Below, piece by piece: positions 8,830 through 19,002 of a DNA stretch of 64,000 bases. Origin of the DNA: an uncultured archaeon (GTDB taxonomy: Archaea; Asgardarchaeota; Thorarchaeia; Thorarchaeales; Thorarchaeaceae); the NCBI GenBank assembly GCA_964558645.1, contig CAZLEV010000010.1:1-64000 (forward strand), in the 5' to 3' direction. The translations under genes were made by a program, and so were the position numbers. The notes under the pieces are model-generated. The model made no database searches, had not been told where the DNA came from, and was given only the letters and a program-made list of their open reading frames with translations. Numbering within the stretch: position 1 is the first letter of the stretch; each line of letters starts with the position of its first letter.

Positions 8830-11169
8830 CTATTGAGGCCTAATCTCAATTCGATGTTCCTGACCATCATCATCGATGTACATTTTTAGGCCGTCATCAT
8901 CCCGGTTTAAACTGTCAAGAGGGCTTTCATCCATTGTAATCTCGCAGGACTCAAACCATAAGCCTCTGAAAACAAGAACCAGTTTTCGTTTCTCCGGATG
9001 CCACTCGCCCACTCTTCTGTGGATATTAAAACTGACTCTCTCCTTATCTGACATCAAAGTCATCCGTGTGAGTGCGGAAGGCCCGTCCTTGGACATACCA
9101 TCGTCCTCGTATATTTCAAACCGAGAGTCCCTCCCGGGATAGACCCAAACAACCAGATTTCCTTGGTCTTGATTCGTGGACTCGATGTTATTCCCAACAG
9201 GAATAATTGCTCCCTCGCGCACGTAGATGGGTTCCTTCTCCAATTGGGCTTCTATGGAAAAAGTTCCGGGGCCAGAAATAGGCTTGCCCGTCCAGTAGTC
9301 AAACCAGACTCCATCAGGAAAGTAAACATCTCTTGACTGTGCGCCTTTCTCTAGAATCGGTGCAATCATCATAAAGGGCCCCACCATGAACTGCGTGTCC
9401 TCAGTATAGGTGGCCGCGTCATCTTGAAACTCGTATACAAGTGGTCGCATGATTGGCTCTCCTGTACAGCTTGCTCTCCATGCGAGGGAGTACAGATACC
9501 TCAGGAGCCGATATCGCAAGTTGATGTAGTTTCGTGCAATACTCTCCGTTTCTTCACCAAAATGCCAAGGTTCCTGTCTTGCAGTATGAATCCGGGAATG
9601 ATTCCGGAAGAAGGGATAGAAGCATCCTACTTGATACCATCTTGCAAGTAATTCAGAAGTTGCATCTCCAGAAAAACCGCCGACATCAGCCCCACAGAAT
9701 GGAATGCCTGAGAGTCCCAGATTTAGGAGCATGGGAATTGAGAGCCAGAGATACTCCCATTTTGATTGATTGTCTCCTGTCCAGGTTGCTGCAAATCTCT
9801 GATATCCTGAGAATCCGGAACGTGTGAGTACAAAGGGCCGCTGGTTTAGATATATCGACTCCAGTCCGTGATAGACTGCCTCTGCCATACAGAGTCCGTA
9901 GACATTCCTGAATACTGGTTCCCAAGGCTCGCCATCATTAGTAGCAACAGAATCCATGGAATACTCATCTGCTAGCCCCTCATACATGCAATTGCTTGGC
10001 TCATTCATATCAATCCAGCTGCTGCTGCCTACTCCAATCTTTGCAAACCTCTGATAGAGAGATCCAAACCACCGCCTCACCTCTGGTCTTGAGAAATCAG
10101 GAAACACCGTTTCTCCTGGCCATACTAGTCCAACATACACCTCACCATCACGATTCTTGAGAAAATAGTCATTCGCAAGTCCTTGGTCGTACACATCATA
10201 TCCCTTCTCGAGCTTAACCCCAGGGTCAATTATGGTCATCAGTCGAAGATTCATTCTATGTAGTGTATCTACCAAATCTCTCGGATCTGGGAAGATCTCC
10301 TCGTCCCAAGTGAACACCCTGTACTCGTCCATGTAGTCGATATCCAAGACAATAGCATCACACGGGATGTTCCTCGATCGAAGTTCTTGAGCAATCTCCA
10401 AGACATCCTCAGTGCTCCGATATTCCATCCATCTTGACTGTTGATAGCCTAGTGCCCACCGCGGAAGAAAATGAGGCTTCCCTGTCAATTGGCAATAGCC
10501 CTTCACCACCTCTGAGATTTGGGGTCCTAGGATGATGTAAAAATCTACAGGCCCCCCCTCAGAAGCGAAGAAGTATTCGTTCTCGTTCGCATTTCCAAAA
10601 TCGAAACTGGTACGATACGAGTTGTCAAGAAATATTCCGTGTGCATCTCCATCTCTTAGGGCAATGAAGAATGGAATTGTCTGATAGAGGGGGTCGGAGT
10701 CTACTCCGTGATGCGGATTATCAGTGTTCCACATCACATAGTGTGCTCCCCGTTTGTCGAGCCCTCCGGTCTTCTCTCCTAAGCCGTAAAAGTGATCTTC
10801 TTCGTTCATGCACATAGAACATCGAAATGTATCCCCCTCCCAGCATACGGCAAAATCTTGGTTTTCATGAATGACCTTCCCTTCCCCGTTTTCCACTTTG
10901 ATGCGAAATTCATCTGATTGGACGAATATCTTGAACATATCTGTTGCAATGGCCCATCCTTTCTCAATCTCTTCAGTAGACACCGGTACAGGTTCTTCGT
11001 ATGGCACCCGTGCAAAGGACTTGAGATTGCGGTACTTCTCCCCTCGGGTCATCTGAACTCGAATGATTCCTGGCCCCAGAATGGTTATACGACCAATGCC
11101 ATTCTTGCACTGAAATTCAAAGACTCTCTCAGTAGCTATCATCCCATACACTTGACCCAGACTGATCAT
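8830..11169 (-). CDS. Glycoside hydrolase family 31 (alpha-glucosidase-like)
   Basis: FYGLGE, LDIDYM, WIDMNEP, WTGDN, GADVGGF, FFRNH. Confidence 0.93.
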   Translation of the reverse strand: MISLGQVYGMIATERVFEFQCKNGIGRITILGPGIIRVQMTRGEKYRNLKSFARVPYEEPVPVSTEEIEKGWAIATDMFKIFVQSDEFRIKVENGEGKVIHENQDFAVCWEGDTFRCSMCMNEEDHFYGLGEKTGGLDKRGAHYVMWNTDNPHHGVDSDPLYQTIPFFIALRDGDAHGIFLDNSYRTSFDFGNANENEYFFASEGGPVDFYIILGPQISEVVKGYCQLTGKPHFLPRWALGYQQSRWMEYRSTEDVLEIAQELRSRNIPCDAIVLDIDYMDEYRVFTWDEEIFPDPRDLVDTLHRMNLRLMTIIDPGVKLEKGYDVYDQGLANDYFLKNRDGEVYVGLVWPGETVFPDFSRPEVRRWFGSLYQRFAKIGVGSSSWIDMNEPSNCMYEGLADEYSMDSVATNDGEPWEPVFRNVYGLCMAEAVYHGLESIYLNQRPFVLTRSGFSGYQRFAATWTGDNQSKWEYLWLSIPMLLNLGLSGIPFCGADVGGFSGDATSELLARWYQVGCFYPFFRNHSRIHTARQEPWHFGEETESIARNYINLRYRLLRYLYSLAWRASCTGEPIMRPLVYEFQDDAATYTEDTQFMVGPFMMIAPILEKGAQSRDVYFPDGVWFDYWTGKPISGPGTFSIEAQLEKEPIYVREGAIIPVGNNIESTNQDQGNLVVWVYPGRDSRFEIYEDDGMSKDGPSALTRMTLMSDKERVSFNIHRRVGEWHPEKRKLVLVFRGLWFESCEITMDESPLDSLNRDDDGLKMYIDDDGQEHRIEIRPQ

Positions 11170-11278
11170 AGACAACAGTACTCCGGCTGAGAAATCTCTC
11201 TTACCCCCTTTTCTCCATTGCTGACAGATGCAAAAGCTCATAATCTTCTGCTGGAAGACTCAATTCGGAGATTGTGCG

Positions 11279-11509
11279 TTGAGTATCCTTGGCCCAGATG
11301 ACTTCGGCAAGAGCAAGAAAAAGCGAGCAAAGAAACTCGCAGAGGATTTTGCCCCTGAGGTAGCAAAACAGATTGAGAAGATACTTGACGCGAATGACGA
11401 GGAGAAGGCCATGAAGAAAATCGAACGGCGGTTTGGTTCCAACATCACTAGGAAGCTAAGAGCCGATGCCGATAACAGCGAACGGTCTAGATATGATGAG
11501 CCAGAATAA
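11279..11509 (+). CDS. Small charged hypothetical protein
   Basis: TTG downstream of GGAG; protein-like composition; co-oriented with the next gene. Confidence 0.5.
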   Translation: MSILGPDDFGKSKKKRAKKLAEDFAPEVAKQIEKILDANDEEKAMKKIERRFGSNITRKLRADADNSERSRYDEPE

Positions 11510-11532
11510 CGACACCGATTGGAGAAGCCATC

Positions 11533-11910
11533 ATGACAGAAGAGGAGGAAAAGAATCACGCTGTCTGGGGAACGGGTGATATGATGACCAAACTGGCAGT
11601 CATCCGTACCATCGAAGCAGAGAAGCGGACCTATTTGGCAGAACTGAGAACAGGCATAGGAGTCCTAGCTGTTCCTCTCTCTCTTCTCACTATTCTCATA
11701 GCTACCCAGAGATACTATGATCCTGCAGAAGTTATCGTATTTATAATCGCACTCGTTGCAGGGGCCATCCTGATGTCTATTCTCGGAGCAACTCTGGTAT
11801 ACCGCTCCTTCAACCGACTGCGGACTGCAGAACATGACAAGAAAACAGTTTCTATGAACACCGCGTGGTCAATGAGAGATTATCCTCTGACCGCTGATGC
11901 ACACAAGTGA
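11533..11910 (+). CDS. DUF202-like membrane protein
   Basis: AEKRTYLAELRTG followed by two TM helices. Confidence 0.7.
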   Translation: MTEEEEKNHAVWGTGDMMTKLAVIRTIEAEKRTYLAELRTGIGVLAVPLSLLTILIATQRYYDPAEVIVFIIALVAGAILMSILGATLVYRSFNRLRTAEHDKKTVSMNTAWSMRDYPLTADAHK

Positions 11911-11915
11911 GGTGA

Positions 11916-12023
11916 TGGAGCCCCAGGCGAGATTTGAATTCGCGCTCCTATTCGTATTGAATTAGAGTCTCGCGGCCTCCTCCTTACCAAGGAGGCGATC
12001 TGACCGGGCTAAGCTACTGGGGC
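11916..12023 (-). tRNA. tRNA-Thr(GGU) with 30-nt T-arm intron at 53/54 (11939..11968)
   Basis: GCCCCAG/CTGGGGC, CCTCC TTGGTAA GGAGG; BHB with CGCG/CGCG helix and AG^A, AA^T bulges restores GCGAG TTCAAAT CTCGC. Confidence 0.93.
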
Positions 12024-12132
12024 AATCCTGTTCGGCATCGTAGGAGTATGCCACATGGCGCAGTCGCCCTCCTAGACGAGATAAAGGTTTCGAATGGACA
12101 TCCTATCAAGTTGTTCATTATATCAGAGGGAA

Positions 12133-13032
12133 TCACTGTAGATCCAAATCATGCAGATGAATTTCGTACTTTCCAAGAGTCCCTCCGAAATTTCCGGCTG
12201 TTATTCTAATTGCTGCTTTCGTCTTACATACTTCTTGAACTGCTGAAGCCATCGCTCTTACTACGGCCTGTTCGGAGATTCCATTAATGACAATCTCAAG
12301 CACAAAATTGCACGCTCTCGGCACTTCTGTTGCCTCTACTTGTGCTGATAGTGTGGGGCAGTACCGTTCATTTGTTGATGCAGATTGACCGTCATACACT
12401 GATGACGGCTTTGACCCCGAGCCAACAAGCCCTCCAGGGAATGGAGTATATGCTCCCTGGATTCTCTCTATTGCCCGAACAGCAGCTCGTCCTCTTTCCA
12501 TACCACCCCTCGTATCTTTGAAGAAGCATATGATATTCCCGCCTGCAACCCCCTTCGTTCTTCCGAACGACTCTTGAACGATAAAGGTGCCGCTCATTCT
12601 TGGTATCAGCCATAGAATCCTGCCTCCAATCGGCCCTTTTTTGGTCTGGTACCCGTCCCCGAATCTAGAAAGCTTCTTTCCAATCTGATAAGACTCGCGA
12701 GGGGCTGGTGTTTCATCAAAGGCATTTGCAGTCGGGCTTGTGAGCACACACTGTCCAATCCTGCTCATAATCTGCTCTTCCAAACTGCTCTTCTTCATAG
12801 TGGCAAATATGACTCGTATACCCGGCCTATTATCTGGTGTATCACACCTATCTAAGGTATATTCAATCCCTGCTTCTGCAGGTGCACCAATCACAGAGGT
12901 GGCAAACCCTGTGGCCTCAAGCGCGGTCACTCTGGCCCAGTCCATATCATCAGCTGTAATCAATGTCCGGTTCATATGCATTGAGAATGCCTCAGCGAAC
13001 GTGTCATCGATTTCTACTCCGTTAAGTTTCAT
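12133..13032 (-). CDS. ftr: Formylmethanofuran:H4MPT formyltransferase
   Basis: IDDTFAEAF, TPDNRPG, RIGQCVLTSPT, FGDG, GVAGGN, PFPGG, AGNFGG.LG. Confidence 0.95.
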   Translation of the reverse strand: MKLNGVEIDDTFAEAFSMHMNRTLITADDMDWARVTALEATGFATSVIGAPAEAGIEYTLDRCDTPDNRPGIRVIFATMKKSSLEEQIMSRIGQCVLTSPTANAFDETPAPRESYQIGKKLSRFGDGYQTKKGPIGGRILWLIPRMSGTFIVQESFGRTKGVAGGNIICFFKDTRGGMERGRAAVRAIERIQGAYTPFPGGLVGSGSKPSSVYDGQSASTNERYCPTLSAQVEATEVPRACNFVLEIVINGISEQAVVRAMASAVQEVCKTKAAIRITAGNFGGTLGKYEIHLHDLDLQ

Positions 13033-13112
13033 AGGGTTCACCAACCTTTGTTCATTACGCCGCAGGCTTTATCTATTGATGGCTTTAGACTCGATTATCA
13101 GAAGGGGTCGAA

Positions 13113-13982
13113 GTGACCATCACACTAGAGCTGACTCACCAACCAGACATGCCGATAGAGGCAGATACAATCACCCCCTCAGACTTCCGAAACAAGACCA
13201 TTTCGTCGATTGCTAGACTCCCCGTCCAACAGGGAAACAGGTCTTATCCTCTAAGTGATTTCTTTCACATTGGCGGAATACCATCGCCGTCAATCAAGGA
13301 AACTGAAATAGTATTACATGGCGACTTAAGTCGCGTGAAGATGATTGGGCGGCGAATGAATGGTGGTCGCATCACAATCAGAGGGAATGCAGGTATGTAT
13401 CTTGGGGCCGAGATGATTGCTGGAAGAATTCATGTCATTGGCTCAGTAGAATCTTGGGCTGCAGCCGAGATCCAAGGGGGTAACATTCAGATTGAAGGTG
13501 ATGCTGCAGATTACTTATGCAGTGGCTATCGTGGGAGTGCAGATGGTATGAGAGGCGGTCGTGTATATGTGGCTGGGAATGTTGGACGTGATATGGCTGC
13601 ACACATGCGTAGAGGCTTCATAGTCGTGAAGGGCGATGTTGGTGAGAATGCTGCTGCGAAGATGAGAGGAGGCTCAATTGTGCTCCTCGGAGATGTCAGC
13701 AGGCGGGTAGGAGTTCAGGCTACACGCGGTATGTTATTTATTCTTGGTCACATGAAATCTCTGTTTCCCACTTACAAGCCAAGCGGGATAGCTCGTCGTC
13801 CATTGGTGGATTATTATCTTCGTTATGTGTTGAATCATCGCCCTGATTTCATCGGAGAGCGTGATGTCTTGGATGCCAGATGGTTGAAACTCGTGGGAGA
13901 TTTCGCAGAAAAAGATCCGCGTGAAGAAGTATACTTGTGTGAGAGGACCAATGAGAAGTACACAGGGGAAGTGGAGAAGTAG
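13113..13982 (+). CDS. fwdC: Formylmethanofuran dehydrogenase subunit C
   Basis: Glycine-rich GxxMxxG repeats, YRGS..GMRGG. Confidence 0.92.
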   Translation: MTITLELTHQPDMPIEADTITPSDFRNKTISSIARLPVQQGNRSYPLSDFFHIGGIPSPSIKETEIVLHGDLSRVKMIGRRMNGGRITIRGNAGMYLGAEMIAGRIHVIGSVESWAAAEIQGGNIQIEGDAADYLCSGYRGSADGMRGGRVYVAGNVGRDMAAHMRRGFIVVKGDVGENAAAKMRGGSIVLLGDVSRRVGVQATRGMLFILGHMKSLFPTYKPSGIARRPLVDYYLRYVLNHRPDFIGERDVLDARWLKLVGDFAEKDPREEVYLCERTNEKYTGEVEK

Positions 13983-14936
13983 GTGGAGCAGAGCATCAAC
14001 AAGAGAGCTTTCGGTCTAGTGGAGAGGTTATGTGGGCAGCACAAATACTTGAAGTGTGCAGTTTTAGAATTAGACAATGGCTCTACGGTCGTCGATTGCG
14101 GTGTGGACACTCCAGGTAGCCATGAAGCTGGGCGTATTATCAGCGAGATTTGCCTAGGGGGACTGGGAGCAGTGAAGCTTTCCCAGACTCATATTGATGA
14201 CATGACTCTTCCTTCAGTGGTGGTGAGTGTGGAAAATCCCCAAGTGGCCTGCCTTGCATCTCAACTGGCAGGTTGGGCCATCAAACGAAATGGTTACTCT
14301 GCAATGGTTTCTGGACCAGCTCGAACTCTAGCACGCAAAGAGAGAATATTCGAGAGCATCTCCTACACTGATCAATCTAAGGTTGGAGTTGCTGTTCTTG
14401 AAGCATCTCGACTTCCCTCAGAAGACATCACACACTACATATCGGAGATGTGTAACATTTCTCCATCAAACCTCTATTGCATCGTAGTACCTACCGCAAG
14501 CGAGGCTGGTTCCGTTCAGATATCAGCAAGAGTTGTCGAGGTAGGCGTACACAAGATGCATCATCTCGGCTTCGATTCTGCTAAGATAAGGACGGGATAT
14601 GGAGTGGCTCCTATTGCCCCGGTTCTTCAGAATGATGTTCAAGCAATGGGAGCGACTAATGACTGCATACTCTACGGCGGTCGTACTTACTATTTCATCC
14701 GGCCCGGAGAAGAAGATAATCTTGACTCACTGGTAAGGCAACTCCCATCGAGTTCGTCTGAGCAGTATGGATTACCATTCTATGACCTCTTCAAATCTTT
14801 CAACTTCGATTTCTACCAGATAGATTCACTTCTATTCAGCCCTGCAGAGATAACATTGAACGACATCGAGTCTGGCGACAGTTTCAGATGTGGAACATTA
14901 AACCCCGAAATACTGAGAGAGTCTCTGAATTACTGA
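13983..14936 (+). CDS. mch: Methenyl-H4MPT cyclohydrolase
   Basis: ICLGGLG, SQLAGW, SGPAR, QISARVVE..HK, TNDCILYGG. Confidence 0.95.
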   Translation: MEQSINKRAFGLVERLCGQHKYLKCAVLELDNGSTVVDCGVDTPGSHEAGRIISEICLGGLGAVKLSQTHIDDMTLPSVVVSVENPQVACLASQLAGWAIKRNGYSAMVSGPARTLARKERIFESISYTDQSKVGVAVLEASRLPSEDITHYISEMCNISPSNLYCIVVPTASEAGSVQISARVVEVGVHKMHHLGFDSAKIRTGYGVAPIAPVLQNDVQAMGATNDCILYGGRTYYFIRPGEEDNLDSLVRQLPSSSSEQYGLPFYDLFKSFNFDFYQIDSLLFSPAEITLNDIESGDSFRCGTLNPEILRESLNY

Positions 14937-14944
14937 ACTTTTAT

Positions 14945-16402
14945 CTAGGTCACTTCTAGCTCATCCATCTCTTGCTTTTCATTTAGCTGAGCATCCACTA
15001 TTTCTTCTATCTTAGGTACTGGATGTTTGAAACCCTCTCTTATGAGGAGCGCACCTAACAGCGCAAAAGCAGAAACAAGCAGCAACGTTGGAGGAAACCC
15101 GAAGAGTGGAAGAATCCAACCAAATACCCCAATCAGAGGAATTGAGATTATAGTTGACAGTGTGGGTTTCAGTGAATACATGCTGTTCCGAATTCTATTT
15201 GGTATAACATCTATCATGATTCTCTGAGTCAGTATTTCAGCGAAACCGCTGAACATCTCCGTGACCACAAATACCACAAAAATCAGAATCATTGGTAGGA
15301 TCCCTTGCAAGGGAAACTCTACAATAAGGATGTCTGTACCTGGCATATAGACACGAAGCATCTGAGTACTGTCCAGTGGTACCGGAAAGAGAGTAGTGAT
15401 AATTGCAAGAAGCATGTAGAATACAAACCCGAGGAACTGAATCAGGCGGAATCTCGGAATCCATACTACAGGGTCAAAAGGCTTGGACCACGTACCCGAA
15501 CGTTCTCTTACAATGGCTTCTGGAATGAATACTGATGTCCTAAATGCTGAAACCGCAACATCAGAGATGAGATAGCTGAAGTACAGTGGAAAAAGAAGGA
15601 TGGTCCACCAGAGTGTACCTGTGGCCCATATGACGACCTCTCCCAGCACTGTCAGAGTCACAAATCTATCAGTGCCCAAGAATCGTATTCCATCACGGAG
15701 TATGTCGCGGTATCCACTCTTCTGGTGGTCATCTTGTTCTCTCTCCCTCTCCACCTGAGGAAGGTCTCTAATCAATCTGAGAACAACAAAGGCGAGAATG
15801 ATGCAGAGTACGGCTTGTAGCTGAAATACCCATCTTCTCCCCAACAGAAGCGCCAGAAAGCTCCCAGGTATCAAGACCAGTGTTGACGCAACCTGCCATA
15901 GCATGCCCAGCCGCCCTCTGAATACGCCGTATTGCTTCCTGTCCGTGTCGTGAGGCATAGCCACACGGTAGTTGTTATCAAACCATGCATCAAACGCACC
16001 ACTCTCCTGTGAGGATCCAATTCCCATAAGGACATAGATAGTCAGAAAGACATAGAAAGGCGATTCCACCGTAAGGGTCGCTGTGAGCATGAACGCTACA
16101 GAATAACAGAAGAGCGCAGCTGCAATTACATACCTTTGGCCTATATGGTCGCCCAGAGCTCCGGTGGGATAGTCCAAGAGTGTATTGATGAGAAGCTGGA
16201 CGATCACAAGTAGTCCAACAAGTCCTATTCCCGCCAAGTAGTTACCTCCTCCTAGCTCTTCGGCTATGAAAATCATCCAGAAGGTTGTTGAAATCTGGAA
16301 GGCCGCAGCAAAACTTGGCATGATGATTGATATTATCCCTGCTAGATGAATTGCATCGTCAGTTACATCCTCTAGGCCTAACATTCTCTTGAGCAGACTC
16401 AA
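14945..16402 (-). CDS. MFS transporter
   Basis: Multiple TM helices; DYPTGALGDHIGQR motif A. Confidence 0.85.
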   Translation of the reverse strand: MSLLKRMLGLEDVTDDAIHLAGIISIIMPSFAAAFQISTTFWMIFIAEELGGGNYLAGIGLVGLLVIVQLLINTLLDYPTGALGDHIGQRYVIAAALFCYSVAFMLTATLTVESPFYVFLTIYVLMGIGSSQESGAFDAWFDNNYRVAMPHDTDRKQYGVFRGRLGMLWQVASTLVLIPGSFLALLLGRRWVFQLQAVLCIILAFVVLRLIRDLPQVEREREQDDHQKSGYRDILRDGIRFLGTDRFVTLTVLGEVVIWATGTLWWTILLFPLYFSYLISDVAVSAFRTSVFIPEAIVRERSGTWSKPFDPVVWIPRFRLIQFLGFVFYMLLAIITTLFPVPLDSTQMLRVYMPGTDILIVEFPLQGILPMILIFVVFVVTEMFSGFAEILTQRIMIDVIPNRIRNSMYSLKPTLSTIISIPLIGVFGWILPLFGFPPTLLLVSAFALLGALLIREGFKHPVPKIEEIVDAQLNEKQEMDELEVT

Positions 16403-16531
16403 TCTTCAAGGACTCCAATCTGATTCGGGTGCTTGATTGACATCATTATTAAACGCAATCAAGACGGTAAGTCACCGTTACAAGAGAGCTAAAACAGCAG
16501 CTTAGTTGACACATCAAGAGGTTCTGAAGTC

Positions 16532-16810
16532 ATGACGGTTGAGGTCCGTTTCCGGGGGCCCATTGCTAACAGGATGATATCCCCGGTCTTCAATCTGCAG
16601 GTATCTTCCTCACATGACTTGAGGGCCCTCTTCAAGACTCTCATTGTCATGCATAGAGAGATTGCTGATCTATGGGAAACGGCAGAGGAAATCGATCGTG
16701 AAGCGCTAATACTCTGCAACGATATCGACATCGCTCTTCTTGATGGGCTCAATACGCAACTCCAATCAGGCGACCAGATTATCGTACTACCTATTGTGCA
16801 TGGCGGCTAG
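16532..16810 (+). CDS. Ubiquitin-like MoaD/SAMP/Urm1 family protein
   Basis: Beta-grasp pattern, C-terminal VHGG. Confidence 0.9.
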   Translation: MTVEVRFRGPIANRMISPVFNLQVSSSHDLRALFKTLIVMHREIADLWETAEEIDREALILCNDIDIALLDGLNTQLQSGDQIIVLPIVHGG

Positions 16811-17343
16811 ACTTGGCCAGCACCGGCTCTGATTGCCTTTCTGTTGATATCGAAAGTTCTCTCCGGAACCATATCCCTGACCCCTCTCTCAAGTGCTTCG
16901 AGAGAGAACAACCCTGACTTCTGAACGAGCGCACCTAACATGACCATGTTGGATACCATTCGGGCACCGAACTCGTCTGCTGTTTTCATCGCTGGCACTT
17001 CGACTACTTCATACAACGATTCGTCTTCACCGAAAACCACTAGGTCAGAATCGATGATGATGATACTGTTCTTCTTAGCTCCCTGCAGATATATATCAAA
17101 CGCTTTCTGGGACATCAGTATACTGTAGTCGGCATGGACTACCTTTGGATAACGAATCTTGTCGTCACTCACTATGACTTCACTCTTTGCAGCAGTTCCC
17201 CGTGCCTCAGAACCATAGCTCTGGGTCTGAACTGCGTCCAATCCGGCGTGGACCACTGCTGCGTGTCCTAATACTACCCCTGCGAGTACTACTCCCATTC
17301 CCCCTGTTCCTGCAATCCTTATCTCTCGCCGCATTCCACTCAC
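16807..17343 (-). CDS. korC: 2-oxoacid:ferredoxin oxidoreductase gamma subunit
   Basis: AGTGGMG, QSYGSEARG, NMVMLG. Confidence 0.9.
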   Translation of the reverse strand: MSGMRREIRIAGTGGMGVVLAGVVLGHAAVVHAGLDAVQTQSYGSEARGTAAKSEVIVSDDKIRYPKVVHADYSILMSQKAFDIYLQGAKKNSIIIIDSDLVVFGEDESLYEVVEVPAMKTADEFGARMVSNMVMLGALVQKSGLFSLEALERGVRDMVPERTFDINRKAIRAGAGQV

Positions 17344-18176
17344 TCCACTCTATCTAGCATAGTCCCAAGTGCTTCTATGAACTCTATATCTTCTCTATCA
17401 ACAAACTCGCCAAGATCATGGCCTTGTTTCGTGGGGACACAATAATCGATCTCATCATCCCGGCCACGAACCGGAAGTGACTTGAACCACTTCATCATCT
17501 CAACTGCATCGCCTGCCTTGGTCCGTCTCCCGTATGCAGTCGGGCATTGGCTCAGAATCTCAATAAACGAGAATCCTTTCTTCTGCAATGCTTTCTTCAT
17601 TGCCCTTGATGCCTGATTGGGATGGGCTGTCGTCCATCTTGCAACATAGCTTGCGCCAGCTGCGGTAACCAGCCTTGCGAGATCGAAGGGCCTTTCAGGG
17701 TTGCCATGTGGGGAAGTGGTCGTTCTGTCCCCCACGAAGGTTGTAGGAGCTACCTGCCCTCCGGTCATGCCGTAGATATAGTTGTTACTGCAGATGACAG
17801 TCATATCGATATTTCTCCTCGCTGCATGAATCAGATGGTTACCTCCTATGGCTGCAAGGTCCCCATCGCCACTGATTACCACGACCTTGAGTTCGGGCCG
17901 AACGACCTTCAATCCAGTAGCAAACGCTATCGCCCTGCCATGAGTTGTATGTATAGTGTCGGCTTTGAAATGGGGAGACGGAATCCATGCTCCACAACCG
18001 ATGCCTGACACAAAAGCAAATCCGCTCAGGTCATCATGTCCCAAGTCCTTTGCAGCCTTAAGAAAGGCATTCGCCGTGATCCCGTTTCCGCAACCAGGGC
18101 AAAATGGAGATGGCAGAGCCTCCTCTCGTAGATACTGTAATGCAAAATGCTTTTCTGATGAAGTCAAGGTATCCAC
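17340..18176 (-). CDS. korB: 2-oxoacid:ferredoxin oxidoreductase beta subunit
   Basis: FCPGCG, SGIGC, THGRA, GDGD..AIGGNH, YGMTGGQ. Confidence 0.93.
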   Translation of the reverse strand: MDTLTSSEKHFALQYLREEALPSPFCPGCGNGITANAFLKAAKDLGHDDLSGFAFVSGIGCGAWIPSPHFKADTIHTTHGRAIAFATGLKVVRPELKVVVISGDGDLAAIGGNHLIHAARRNIDMTVICSNNYIYGMTGGQVAPTTFVGDRTTTSPHGNPERPFDLARLVTAAGASYVARWTTAHPNQASRAMKKALQKKGFSFIEILSQCPTAYGRRTKAGDAVEMMKWFKSLPVRGRDDEIDYCVPTKQGHDLGEFVDREDIEFIEALGTMLDRVE

Positions 18177-18438
18177 AACATGCCTCCGATTTGAGGGTCT
18201 AATAACCTATTCCTTGTAACACTTTGTTCTTCTCGCGGCTCGTCTTGGTTTCGTAGAGGAGCTACTTGTGATGCAATTCCATCTTTGATTAATTGTATCT
18301 TCTCAGAGATGTATCGAAGACATTCCTCCAAAGACAAAGAGTAACGCCGTGATCTGTGCCGCAATGGGCATCACTTTTAAGATGACAAAATGCGGATTCT
18401 TATCGTTATTGCAGTATTAGTTCACAAGGTGATTTCAG

Positions 18439-18870
18439 ATGTCAGACGTCGCAGCAATGAGAGCTTTTAACCGTGAGATTGCCTCCGTAGTGGGGGCGAC
18501 AGTCAATGTGAAACTCAAGTCAGGAGAGAAATACACTGGAACCCTCAAGGGTATTGATCAGGAGAGCCTGAGCATTGTACTCACTGAGGTTGTTTCCGAG
18601 GATGAGGAGAACATCCCTCGCATATTCATCTATGGGGGCAGCATCATTTCATTCTCCGTGGCCGAAAAGGAGATCAGTCTTGAGGGTCTTGCCAAGAGGC
18701 TTGAGAAGAGCTTCCCGCCAGGCGGTGTACGTTACTTTCCCGATTCTCAGGTATGTGTAGTGATGAACAAAATACGCATCACTCCTGATGGTGTTGATGG
18801 TTCAGGTCCACTCTACGAACGAGTACTCTCAATCTACGAAGAGTGGAAGGAACAGCACGGGCTTGAGTAG
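18439..18870 (+). CDS. Sm-like protein with C-terminal extension (SmAP3/Lsm_C type)
   Basis: Sm fold (YTGTLKGID..LSIVL) plus ~65-aa C-domain ending GSGPLYERV. Confidence 0.8.
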   Translation: MSDVAAMRAFNREIASVVGATVNVKLKSGEKYTGTLKGIDQESLSIVLTEVVSEDEENIPRIFIYGGSIISFSVAEKEISLEGLAKRLEKSFPPGGVRYFPDSQVCVVMNKIRITPDGVDGSGPLYERVLSIYEEWKEQHGLE

Positions 18871-18909
18871 TATCATACGCATGAGTGCAGAAAGCTAAGA
18901 ACCGGCCGA

Positions 18910-18961
18910 ATAGTCAGAACTAGGTTTCATGCTGCGATAGGACCTCTGATCCATCACCTAC
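18910..18961 (-). ncRNA. Probable C/D box guide sRNA
   Basis: GTAG-GTGATGG (C) ... AGCATGA (C') AACCTAGTT CTGA (D) CTAT; terminal stem; D guide complements the conserved 23S sequence GAGCUGGGUUU. Confidence 0.65.
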
Positions 18962-19002
18962 GCTTGTTCAACCCCGGACGGATTCTTGCGAAACTGGTCG
19001 AT

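Noticed and set aside
18164-18364. ORF upstream of korB as a korA remnant
   Set aside because: No OFOR alpha motifs.
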